Assembly: GCA_010015585.1 (NCBI GenBank)
Contig: ML975152.1
Source: Eremomyces bilateralis CBS 781.70
Taxonomy: Eukaryota
Length of the DNA: 64,000 nucleotides
Reading direction: 5' to 3' (one strand)
Positions 39,215-50,109 of this stretch are shown one piece after another (position 1 is the stretch's first letter; the number at the start of each line of letters is the position of its first letter). The position numbers and the translations under genes were made by a program. The notes beneath the pieces are model-generated. The model was not told the DNA's origin. It saw only the letters and a program-made list of their open reading frames with translations, and ran no database searches.

Positions 39215-40918
39215 ATGCCGTCGTCGCCGCCCTCAACCTACGGTTCAGACAACGGGATGAGCATGGACGCTGGCGCTCTTGCTCAGATGAATTACGGTCC
39301 GATGAGCCCAGGCGGTGAGATTGGTGCCCCGTCCGCGGGATTCGCCTCTCGCGGAAAGGGAACGGGCCTGAAGCGTCTCAACCTCGCAGCCATCAGTGAG
39401 AATCCTGGCGAGGCGTGTCAGACCCCACGCACTAGCCGATCTCACTTGCTCGCGGGACTTAGGACCGCCCCGAAACCGGGCACTCCCGCCTCGGCGCCTC
39501 TGAACCAACAGCCGCACAACGGGTTCAATATGCGGTCGGACTCTCCGTCTGGGGAGTACCCACGTCACCAGCTTCCGCAGATGCCTCACACTGCCGCTGC
39601 CACACACTTTCCGCAGTCTTCGCAGCACTATGGAGCGCAGAACATGCAGCAGTCGTACCAGCCTGCGAACCATGTGCTTGCACCTCCGTCGATGGCCTTT
39701 TCTCCGGAGGACCAGGAGACAGATCCGAACCTCGTGGCGCAGCTCCTCGCCACCGAGGCGTATCTGAACCAACGCCAACAGCAGCTTCAGCAGCAGCTCC
39801 TCAACCTGACCGGCCAGCAGTTCGGAGGGATGAATTTCAACGGGGGCGCTCGTGGCAACTATGCGGGGAGCCCGCAAACTCCCCCCACCCCCCAGATGGG
39901 TTTCTATGCCCAACAACTGCAGAATGGCGTGTCTCCAATCCCTCAGGAACTGCCTGGGTATCCGGGTGTCTACCGTGTTTTTAATCCGATGACGGGGCAG
40001 TACACGTACGCGGTGGATCCGAGCATGCATCCGCAGCAATCCGTGGCTTCCCCTGTTCCGCAGACCCCGAGCCATCACTTGTACGGTGCTGCCACGGAGC
40101 GCCTTCGCCGTGGAGCATCCCCGATCGATGCGTCCTGCACCAGCCCATTCAGCCCTCGCGGACCTACTCCTCCGAAGCACACGCCGTCGCCCACCCAGCA
40201 GGGCATGGCCCCGCCTCCTGGAAACTCCAACAACTCCGCTCTGCGTCGCAACCACAAGAAGATCTCCTCGCTGAACTTCTCCACCGCCTCCCCGATCTCC
40301 GACGCTGCGCCCCGGTCTGCACGTCCCGCGTTCCCGCCCACCCCCCTCACCGGTACCTTCGGCCCTGGCCAAAACCGCGCCGGCGAGCACCCGACCCGCC
40401 AGCCCCGCGGCCCGCCCCCCATGGAAGAGCTCCTCGCTGCCCCGACCACCAAGCACGAAGGCAGCAAGAATTTCGCCACCCGCCAGCGCCGCAAGGCGGT
40501 CAGCAGCCTGGTCCGCAAAGGCCTCGAGCGCCGCGGCGGCGCCGGCAGCGTGCACGGCAGCATCGGCGGCGCCAGCTCCGGTAGCGTCGGTAGCTCGACG
40601 CCCGTCAGCGAGACGGAGATGACGTTCTCCCTCCCGTCGTCCGACGCGGAGCTCGAGCACCCGTTCGCCGACGGGGACGGGTATGGTGACGATGGGTACT
40701 CCGACGCCGGGACCGGGCGCACATCCGATAAATCGAGCCATGGGAGCCTGCGCGCCGCGGCGATCGGAGCGGAGCGGAAGGAGCGGATGAGCGGGGAGGC
40801 AGAGGCGATAGTTGCGGGTTTGGAGAAGTTGGAGTTGAAGACGCCGCCGGGGGACCGGAGGCAGATGCCGTTCATGTTGTTGGAGCGCGTGGAGAAGCGG
40901 AAGAGCTACTGCGGCTAA
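39215..40918 (+). CDS. Conserved fungal Q/P-rich disordered protein of unknown function
   Basis: 567 aa ORF with coding-like codon usage; blocks TPRTSRSHLLAGLRTAPK and PPTPLTGTFGPGQ.RAGEHP.RQPRGPP.MEEL...KHEGSKNFATRQRR, which I recall from Pezizomycotina hypothetical proteins. Confidence 0.75.
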   Translation: MPSSPPSTYGSDNGMSMDAGALAQMNYGPMSPGGEIGAPSAGFASRGKGTGLKRLNLAAISENPGEACQTPRTSRSHLLAGLRTAPKPGTPASAPLNQQPHNGFNMRSDSPSGEYPRHQLPQMPHTAAATHFPQSSQHYGAQNMQQSYQPANHVLAPPSMAFSPEDQETDPNLVAQLLATEAYLNQRQQQLQQQLLNLTGQQFGGMNFNGGARGNYAGSPQTPPTPQMGFYAQQLQNGVSPIPQELPGYPGVYRVFNPMTGQYTYAVDPSMHPQQSVASPVPQTPSHHLYGAATERLRRGASPIDASCTSPFSPRGPTPPKHTPSPTQQGMAPPPGNSNNSALRRNHKKISSLNFSTASPISDAAPRSARPAFPPTPLTGTFGPGQNRAGEHPTRQPRGPPPMEELLAAPTTKHEGSKNFATRQRRKAVSSLVRKGLERRGGAGSVHGSIGGASSGSVGSSTPVSETEMTFSLPSSDAELEHPFADGDGYGDDGYSDAGTGRTSDKSSHGSLRAAAIGAERKERMSGEAEAIVAGLEKLELKTPPGDRRQMPFMLLERVEKRKSYCG

Positions 40919-42037
40919 TCAGTCCTCCGACGGCGGGGGATAGCAATAGCATGACGGGTTGCCGGCTTACGATCATGGTTCTTACGACTTTCTTCATTTC
41001 TCGTTTCTTGGTGGTTGGTTGGCGTGTGCATCGGCTTCGATCGTCGTTCCGAATTATTCGTTTCCCCATTTCCCCGGACATGGATGGGACCCGCGTCTTG
41101 CTTCCGTACCGTGGCATTTTTTCGATTCTCCGCTTGCATGCTTCCTCGGACGGATCACTCGCTTACCCGTCGCTCGGCCAACTCGGACGTGCATCAACTG
41201 GTTTGATGCACGGTCGTTCGCCGGCGTCGATACACGTACGGGCGGCGGTAGTTTCTCTGTCCAGCGCATCCATCTCCTTTTTTTAATCGCGACCTCGGTC
41301 ACTCGAACGTGGTCCTGGGATTTTCTGGTGCGTTTCCTCGACGTGGAGAATGGATGGAGTGGTTTTTACTTGCGTCGGTTGGGACGGAAGATAGGTTGGG
41401 AAGCTAGAGGGACGGAGGCTTCGAATCGTGGTGGTGGAACGAGTGTCCTCCTCTTTCCTGTTACGTGGGACACGAACGGATATTTGCCGGACGCATGGAC
41501 ACGGGAAGGAAAGTGAAAGGAAGGGGTTATTATTATTATTTAGTTGCGGTGTCCCGTTGGTGGGGTCACGGCCGTTATAACTGAAAGTGCGGTTGATGCA
41601 ATCGACAACGATAGGAATTGAAACGTGGACGTTGAACTATGGTTGGATGCTTTGGTGATGGTGATGGAGTGACTTTGCTTCGGTGTGGATTGGGAAGAAG
41701 TACATGTAACCAAGTGATGGTAGACTGCTGCCCCGTTCGGGTGCTCGTGAAGGGGAAGTTGAAGTTGAAGGAAAGTGACGATGCGGTAGGATGACTAAGC
41801 ATCATCACCTATCCACCTCACCCATCCACCTCGATCAACTGGTTCTAATTATCATTTCTAAGTTCCACCCCCGACTAACATGCACTGAACCGTCCATTCG
41901 CGCGTCTTTACATCCATCCAAACCTTCGACGTCCACTCCCAAGCAAACCGCGGCCTCGAGCACGTCACTCCCTCCGTCAATCCACCGACGCGGCGGTCAA
42001 CCCCGGCGCCCATGGACAATTGATATTGATTCCCACC

Positions 42038-42607
42038 ATGTCCTCGACCAGCAACGCCGTCCCCGGCGCCCTCCGCCTCAAAGGCCGCGGCGTCGACAAG
42101 AAGAAGAAGAAGAAACGCCCGAAGCCCAACGACGCGACCACCCCCGCAACTCACTCGAACCATGCGGCAACCATGAATGAACTCCCAGCGACGGAGACAG
42201 GCGAGGTAATGAAGGGTGAGGAGGGAGGGAAGGGGGAGCGGGAGAAGAAGGAGGTGGAAAGGTTGGAGCGGGAGATTGTGGAGGCGACGCGGGCGGGGAT
42301 GAGCGGGCGGACGGAGGCGGAGAGGCGGTATGAGGAGCGGAGACGGGAGCGGGTATGTTTTCCCTAACTATCCCCCGTGGCTTTTACATCTCGGTTTGGT
42401 GGTTTGAACGAGGAGATGGCGTGCTGACGGTTGTAGATGGCGGAGCGGATGCGGCGCGAGGGAGCGAAGACGCATAAAGAGAAGGTGCAGGAGTTGAATC
42501 GGTATTTGTCGGGGTTGAGTGAGCATCATGATATGTGAGTAGTCGTGGAGGGCTTGTGGTTTGTGATGCGTGCTAATGGAGTTAGGCCGAGAATTGGACC
42601 TGGTTAA
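42038..42607 (+). CDS. FAM32A/DUF1754 family small nuclear protein
   Basis: GALRLKG..KKKKKK, TEAERRYEE, KTHKEKVQELNRYLSGLSEHHDM|PRIGPG*; introns at ~42353-42437 and ~42535-42586. Confidence 0.88.
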
Positions 42608-42734
42608 AGACCGGACGATGGGATCGATGATGCGTGGTATGGCCTAGGGTTCTACTGTATTGATGTGCAACTGGCGTTTGGAAAATCGGTTGGGAGTTAG
42701 GGAGGGTTTATGATCGGTGCCTGACTCGACATCA

Positions 42735-42820
42735 TGAAGGGTTAGGCCGGATGATTCAAGCACTGATATCTGGTGAAGGGTTAGGACGGATGATTCAAGC
42801 ACTGATATCTGGTGAAGGGT
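42735..42820. repeat. 39-bp tandem duplication (about 2.2 copies)
   Basis: tgaagggttagg(c/a)cggatgattcaagcactgatatctgg at 42735-42773 and 42774-42812, plus a partial third copy. Confidence 0.9.
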
Positions 42821-42997
42821 AAAAGTGTGGTATTGCTTTTGTACCTGATGTGTTAGAGTAGATGGTACTCTCCGTACCACGACTAGAAGCGCCTAGAGGG
42901 TCAAAATACAACCACCCTAGTTAACCCGCTCGCGAAAGACTCAGTCCAAACCACTCCTCTCCCCCCGTCCATTATAGCCCCCCTTTCCGTTCAATCA

Positions 42998-43458
42998 TCA
43001 CCCCGCCACATCAGGAAGCTCTCCCTGACCATTCACCGCCATGACGGTCGCCTTCCGCGTCGTCTCGTCGTCCGCATACGAGTTCTTGCCCTTCGAACTC
43101 CCCACGCTGCCGTTCCGGAACACGTTCCACAATATCGGCCGCCGGGGATGGTGGTCGCTCGCGGCGCTCCGCGAATGGTTCTCGACCGCCTGTGCGGCCC
43201 AGAGGGCGGAGAACGGCAGGGAGATGGCCACGGCGGTGTAGATCAGCGCGGCGAGCTGCGGTGCGGTCCCGATGTATTGGCAGACGATGAGCATGATGAA
43301 GGTGGCGCCGATTTACGTGCCGTAGTCGATGCAGGACCTGCCGCCGTGTTGAGGAAGTCGCGGAGGTCGGCGAGGGGGATGATGAGGGTAGTGTTGCCCG
43401 AGAGGAAGGAAAAAGATTGGTTGAAGGAGTCGATGGGGGTGGTGGTGTTGGATGTCAT
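42998..43458 (-). pseudogene. STE2: STE2/PreB alpha-factor pheromone receptor relic (internal deletion, frameshift, stop)
   Basis: N-terminal DSFNQSFSF..IPLADLRDFLN, frameshift, TM1 SCIDYGT*IGATFIMLIV joined directly to QY..PQLAALIYTAVAISLPFSALWAA (Ste2 TM7 signature SLPxSxxWA). Confidence 0.8.
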
Positions 43459-44118
43459 GTTGTTGGTAGTCTGCTTTTTGGGGGTCTTGTTTGCCAGAAA
43501 TCAAGACCGCTTGGATGGTGATGTAGAAGATTGTATTTGCAAGAAGAAGAAGAAGAAGCAGAAGAAAGGAGGAATGAAGTGACTTAAGAAAGATTGACGG
43601 TTGAAGGAAAGGCGGATATTATATCGTTGTAGTAAAGCCAATATGGCGTTGACAATACTATGGGGGACAATATATAGCAGAGCATATGGACAATGCTAAG
43701 CCAGGCGGATGCCTCTGTGACTGAATCCAACTCAGGAGGCGTATCGCGAACCGGATGCATAGAGCAGCTAAGATGAAGGTTTCAGGGACAATGCTAAGAT
43801 TCTGCTATTGTTCATCCTCTTAATATTGATCAAATCTTAATCATGTCTTGTATGCCCCTACCAATATTCCGCGACTGGGGACTGTCGTAAATGGACAGTG
43901 GCTATCACAGTCATTTTCCGTGCTAACCATCTTCTAGTAATGTGATGTGTGTGATCCTGGGTGGGGTCGTTGACAATCCGCTTGAAGCGACGCCACCCAG
44001 GGGAACGATTCGCATTCACCACTGCTGTCGATACCAAATGGCTCTGTGTATAAAACAGAATCTTCAATCTCGGCATGTGTCGGATCGTGGTGGAAATGGC
44101 GGGACTCCATCTCCACCC

Positions 44119-45109
44119 TCAGCTGACGTTGGCGACGGCGAAGTACCCTTTGCTTTCGACGACCCCCCGATCCTTGACCACCGCAGTGTATTTCACCACA
44201 AACTGCGGTTCGACATTGCCAGTCAAGGCGGGATTCACCTGGCTCAGTTGGGACAGTAGATCCACCCCGGCATCCGTCGGACCCAGCAGTTCGGTCAACG
44301 TCCCTCGCGGCAGGACGTCGGTGCAGTCGTTATGCGTGAGCAGCTCGATCGACTCCTTTTTCCCGAACATGATGAGCTGTTTGGGAACGACGCAGCAATC
44401 TCGCACATTGATCTGGTCGACGGCGGGCTTGACCCGCACGTTCGGGAGCAGGCGTTGCAGACGGTTCGTCCCAAACTCGGACAGTCCCAAGCTCTTGATC
44501 GAGCCGTCCTCATACAGCTGTTCCAAAATCCGCCACGTCTGGCTGACCATGTCCACTTCAGCCCGGGTGGCATCGTCGTCGGCCACCCCGTTCTGTAGCG
44601 GCTCCTCCTCGTCCTCGTCGTCCGCGTCGAAGGTGATCCCCGGAAACGACACGATCAGCAAGTCAATGGTGGAGACGCGCAGCTTCTTGAGGACCAAGGC
44701 GATCGCCTCGCGCGTGTGCGCGCATCGTAGTTCCGTGCCTACGCCCGGGAGGTAGAATAGCTTGACGGTGATGTCGTATTGCTCTGGGTCTTCGCTTAGG
44801 CCGGAACAGGGGGATTCGAGCGACGGGACCGATATCTGATCACCGTCGGTCGTCGTCCATGCGCTGAGGGGGAGGTTGGAGACGTCGTCAGGCTTGGTGT
44901 CGCCGTTCTGGTCGGGGTCGACGGCGGCGTCCTTGGCGGCTTGGATGTTAGAGCGGAGGGAGCTGATGAGTTCCAGGTTGGACTTTTCGGCATGGGATTG
45001 GCGGATGAGAGGGGGGCCGCCACTCATAATATTCCTAGATCATGTTAGAAGTCTCTCTCGAGCGGAAAGCAGGTGTGGTGGCTCACGATGTGGACACAAT
45101 GAGTTTCAT
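44119..45109 (-). CDS. Glutamate-cysteine ligase modifier (regulatory) subunit, aldo-keto reductase-like fold
   Basis: MKLIVSTS|NIMSGGP..KSNLELISSLRSN, YDITVKLFYLP, IDLLIVSFPG, LGLSEFG, PAVDQINVRDCCVVP, ELLTHNDC, VVKYTAVVKDRGVVESKGY. Confidence 0.88.
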
Positions 45110-45607
45110 GATGGCAGTTTACAGGAGGTATCCTCTACGCAACCGAAATTGACCGCTCAACTAAGGCAGGTCATGAACCCAGGACATGTAATTACGGTCT
45201 ACCGTAGACAGTAACTGGAGTATTCGCTATTCACAAAGTTTGAATGGAGAAGCCGAGTGCAGTATATAAAGCGTAGGCGTAAACATGCACGATGCCGATG
45301 GCGGGCATATCGGACATGCTGACACAGAAAGCCGACATTATTCCTTCCCCTCTATTGTCCACCAGCACAACAGTGACAGCACAGACTCCCACACGCAGAA
45401 TCTCTCAAGCTCAACGCTGTTAGTTCATCCACCATCACCAAATATTCGCTGCTACCATTTAACAATTAACACCCCATTACCATTCTGCTCGCGCCTCACA
45501 CTCGACCTCCTATTAAACTGCTCCACCACCGGGACCGTCGTTGACCTTCTAGCCTCGAAATTTGGAGCGATCGATATACGTGTTGGATTCTACCAGGCCT
45601 CGACGAG

Positions 45608-46332
45608 ATGGCAATCAAGTAACTGAGCCGGTTTATCGAGACTGCACCCAATGGCTGATCAATGATTTAGATATCTCATTCTCCTTTCGAGACAGGGCAA
45701 AGTGGTATGCTCTCCAGGTTGATTTCTTGCAGCAGACGACAGCTGACCGGCATTAGCGATTAGCTAAATGGTTCACAACCCTTTCCCCCAAAGACAAGGC
45801 GAAGATCGTGAAGGATGTCTCTCAAATTGTTCTTGCACGCCGAACTCGAATGTGCAATTTCCTCGAGTATAAAGGTACGGGATACGACGTGTTTCATGCA
45901 TCCCAGTCTGACCGTCATCAGACACCAAGATCGTCTATCGCCGCTATGCGTCCCTCTTCTTCATCGCCGGGTGCGACTCTACCGACAACGAGCTTATCAC
46001 CCTTGAGATCATCCATCGCTACGTCGAACAAATGGACAAATACTACGGCAACGTCTGTGAGCTGGACATCATCTTCAACTTCCAAAAGGCCTATTTCATC
46101 CTGGATGAGCTGCTGCTTGCCGGTGAGCTGCAGGAAACCAGCAAGAAGAACGTCCTGCGGTGCATCGGCCAGCAAGACAGCCTTGAAGACATGGAGGTGA
46201 GCCCATGACCGTCTCTTTCCCTGGCTTGGAAACTGGGCCGCATTTGTATTCACCTCCGACAAACCCACCGGGTACTAAGATTGCATTACTTCACTGTAGG
46301 CCGAAGAGGACATCGTCACCAAGATCATGTAA
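45608..46332 (+). CDS. APS1: AP-1 adaptor complex sigma subunit (multi-exon)
   Basis: [69 protein letters not shown]. Confidence 0.93.
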
Positions 46333-47250
46333 TTGAGGTGCCCCAAGAGAACGAAGTACGACCTGATCTTGCACGACCATTTCCCCCGACATTTACTGAT
46401 ACATTGGACTTTAGGAGGAACTCGCATTTGAGCAGCAGCTAAAGGACCTTGGGTTCCTCTGAGATGCTGCCATTTCTATCAGGAGTCCTTTATGGACCCT
46501 CCGAACCCAACCATCGACTTTGCTGCGGTCGTAAACTGCGCAACCTCAAGTTCCACCGGAGTGGAACACTACGATCGATCGATGTGGTACTAATCCCGCA
46601 GACTCTGCGACATGAATTATCATACTCCGATCACGGTTTCCTTTATGATACCCAATATACGAAGAAAGACTCACTGTTCACCACGTGTTGGGTTGGTGGT
46701 CATGGCTGGATCCGGCAGCGTACCGGTGCGGCAAGGTGAATGGAACTTGGAGAGCTGCATGACGGACTGATACCTGAGAATGGTGGATGAACAAGAGAAT
46801 GGAGATATGCCTTCCCTTTGTCCAAGACCCCAAGACTCCAAGTACCTACTGTCAAAGTACCTGCTGCTGCACCTCAGTGTCTCATCAACGCATTTGCTTG
46901 TTACACTTGCTTATGTTGCTAGTCCACATGAATGGAGTGCCTGAAGTGAGGCAGGTGCGGCATGGTCGCTGCCTGATTGGCTGCATGATACCTGTCTAAT
47001 TCGCTGCCAATGAATCATCGATTTCGTTGGCTGGATGCGTGGCTGGATCACGTGATGCGCCGTCCATCCGTGGCCGTATCTCCCGTCATGACATCTCCGC
47101 TTCGGCATACAGTCACTCTTCTCAGTCAATTCCCATCATTCAGATCCGACAATACAACACCTTCATTCGAATCACGCCCTATGGCTTTGGTCACTTCTGC
47201 TCAGCTCGTGTAGGCGCAACGCCTGCACTGGGCTTGGTTGACTTCTAACA

Positions 47251-48467
47251 ATGAAGGTATGCGCTGACTCCTGCTGATGCATACCCGACCATATCGGGAA
47301 TTCATTATCACAACACATCGCGGCCGCCGAGTTCGGGGTTGCGTTGGTTGTGGTGAACCCGTTCTACTTGAAATCGCGAATTGTCGGCGTTATCGCCACT
47401 GTTAAACCTGGGCTGACCGAGACTAGTATCTGCCGATTCGCGAGCTGGAAGACGTCACCACCGCCTTGAACTTCGATACAGCGGACTGCCACGTGATCGG
47501 AGGCTGCGACCTGTATACGACCAAGGCTGCTGGCAGTGACAAGAAGCTCTACAAGGAGATCGAAGATTCCCTGGAATCCCAACATGAGACCCTCCTCAAA
47601 CTCTCCGTTTCCCTCTCCCCACCGCAGGCCGAGTCCCTCGGCGCATCGTTGAATCTCTCCCGCTCCAGCGCGTTCGGTCCGCTGAGCCAGGTGTCAAGCC
47701 GTCGCACCTTCGCATACTTGATCGCGACGCTGAATTCCAGCCATCCCGACTATGACTTTTCGAACATCCTTCGACCGTCGGACTTCCGACGGGAGCGGTA
47801 CTTTACCGCCGTCACCAACCGGATCGACTCGACTATCTACAATCTGCGACCGCGGCCGGTGACGGTGCTGCAGGGTGCATCGCAAAGCACCACTGGTAGC
47901 AGCGCATGGGGACCGCGGATGTGGCGGCTCATCGACAATGAGATGGACCTTCGCTCCTGCGACGTGTACACGTATCTGCCGGAAGAAGACCCCTTCCAGG
48001 GCGAGGAAGGCGCGATCTGGAGCATCCATCATTTCTTCTTCAACAAGCAGAAGAAGCGAGTCTGCTATATCCACCTTCGCGGCATGAGCATCATTGGACA
48101 CACCCCCTTGCGCGCGCCTATCGCGCCCACGCCGAAGAAGAAGCGACGTAGCTCTGTCTATGACGACGGCGCGAGGAAGCGCGCGGTGTTCTGGCTGGGC
48201 GAGCGCGCGGGGATCGACTACGCCGACGACGATGACGATGACATGGTCATCGATAACCCGGGCGACGACGAAGTCGACAACGACCTAGACCTCCTAGATC
48301 ACGAACATGCACTAGTCAGCGATTCTTCCAGCTCGTCGCTACAGTCGATGCGGGGTCGGAGGCGAGGGTCGGCGACGGTGAGCGAGACCTCGTCACGGCG
48401 CAAGAACCGGAGCGGCGTTCGTGCGATGAGCGAGTCCATTATGGAGACAATGGAACTTGATTCTTAG
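47251..48467 (+). CDS. MAF1: RNA polymerase III repressor Maf1
   Basis: MK|YL start (intron 47257-47426), YTTKAAGSDKKLYK, FGPLSQVSSRRTFAYLIATLNSSHPDYDFS, WSIHHFFFNK..KRV. Confidence 0.95.
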
Positions 48468-48672
48468 GATGGGACGGATGGGGGTTGATGAGTATCCGAT
48501 TAATGACGGTTCGGGGTTCACGGGATCGGCGTCCGGTGGCATAGGTTTCGCGGGCGAGAAAGGCGGCATCGGAGAAGGTCAAATTGCCTCGTTCATCCAT
48601 GGTTCGCTGGTGCCGCAGTTTGGGTCTGTATATTTCTGTGCGTCGATGCCTACGTAGCTTGCGTTATTAATG

Positions 48673-49814
48673 CTATGGTATTCTTCTCGACGATCGGGAG
48701 CTCGGTAGTCCGATATCCTCCATATCTACCAGTTTGGTCTCCTCCTTAATTTCCTTCTTGATCGCCTGACCCGCGTCTCCGTTCGTCGTGATCGTCTCCT
48801 TCTTTACCACGCTGCTCTTCCCCTTCACCACCTTCGCACTCGGGCAAAGCCCCTTCTCCGCCAACCCACACTCTCCGCACCGCGGCCGCACCGGCGCGCA
48901 GATGGTCTGCCCAAACCCCACCAACAAATGATTGATCTCATTCCACTTATCCCTCGGCAACCACCCCTCCAACGCCTTCCGCGTCTCCTCCGGCCCCTTC
49001 GTCCTATTCCACCCCCACCGATTCGTGATCCGATGCACGTGCACGTCGACGCCAATCCCCTCGTCGCGACCCCACGCCGCCGACAGGCAGAGGTAGGCCA
49101 TCTTGGGGCCGACTCCGGGGAGGGACGTGAGGCCGACAATGGTAGCGGGAATGTCGGAATCGTGCTCGTCGCGGAGGATGGCGGCGGTGCGGAGGATGTA
49201 CGCCGTTTTGACGTTGTGGAAGCCGACTTTTGCGATGAGCTCGTTTAGCCGCGGTGCGGGGAGGGCGAGGATCGATTCAAGGTTGAAGCCCTATTCCACC
49301 ACCGTCAGCTCCACACACTATCCACCCTATCTTCTTCACATACCCCTGGCACCTCCTCCCGCAACCGCCCCATCGCCGCCGCCGTCACCACGTCCTTCGT
49401 CTGCGACGACAGCATCAGCGCCACCAGCGTCTGGAACCGCTGGTCGCGCGCCGAGGCCGTCGGATCCGCCAGCGTCGCACATCCCATCGTGTCGACTGGC
49501 GCGACTATGTCCGCCCGCATCGCTTGCGTCACGGCGTATACCTCTTCCCAGCGCGCTGGAGCGGCATGTGGCTCGGTTTTGAGCGCTTTGGTAGGGCGGG
49601 GTGTCGGTTTTGGTTGAGCTTTGGGCGCCTTGGTGGGGCGGGGGATAGGTTCTGCTTTGGGGAGGGGGGAGGAGGAGCGTTTGCGTTTGAGGTATGGAGA
49701 AGAGGTGGTGGTGTCGGGGGTGAGAGGTGTGGAACGCGTGGTTCGACGGGTGGTGCGGGGGGTTAGGGCGGCGTTGAGCTGGGCGGCTTCGCGGGAGAGG
49801 CGGGAGGTTCGCAT
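48673..49814 (-). CDS. NTG1: Endonuclease III-like DNA N-glycosylase/AP lyase (Nth1/Ntg1)
   Basis: [17 protein letters not shown], Hh[21 protein letters not shown] and 4Fe-4S motif C-x6-C-x2-C-x7-C; intron ~49290-49343. Confidence 0.93.
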
Positions 49815-50109
49815 GATTGAGGATGGGGATGTTGTTGTAGTGTTGATGGGGTGGTTAAGAGGCTATAGAATTGGAAAAGGGGTGTTACGGGGAGTTGGAT
49901 GAACTGTGTTGATGTCGCATCATAAAGTTCATCAGACCCCTGTTCATCCCCGGATTTGCATTTTCACCCCCACGGTGAATGGTTCAGGTCAGAGTCACTC
50001 GGTTCAGACAACACTCAGCAGAGACAGATTAGAATCTCCCTTAAGTCACTTTAACATCAAATCAAATCAACGACCATATCCATGTCGAATTGAAGAACTA
50101 CCAGCAATC

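Noticed and set aside
39245..40741. 498 aa antisense ORF
   Set aside because: It lies wholly opposite a GC-rich gene, so it is a stop-poor shadow frame with no recognisable motifs
42735..42820. CRISPR-like repeat
   Set aside because: Eukaryotic context, adjacent units with no spacers, and no cas genes
49906..50109. N-terminal extension of BUD32 in the ORF track
   Set aside because: Begins at a non-ATG codon; the first in-frame ATG lies near the NTG1 start, and Bud32-like sequence begins only after ATG 50110
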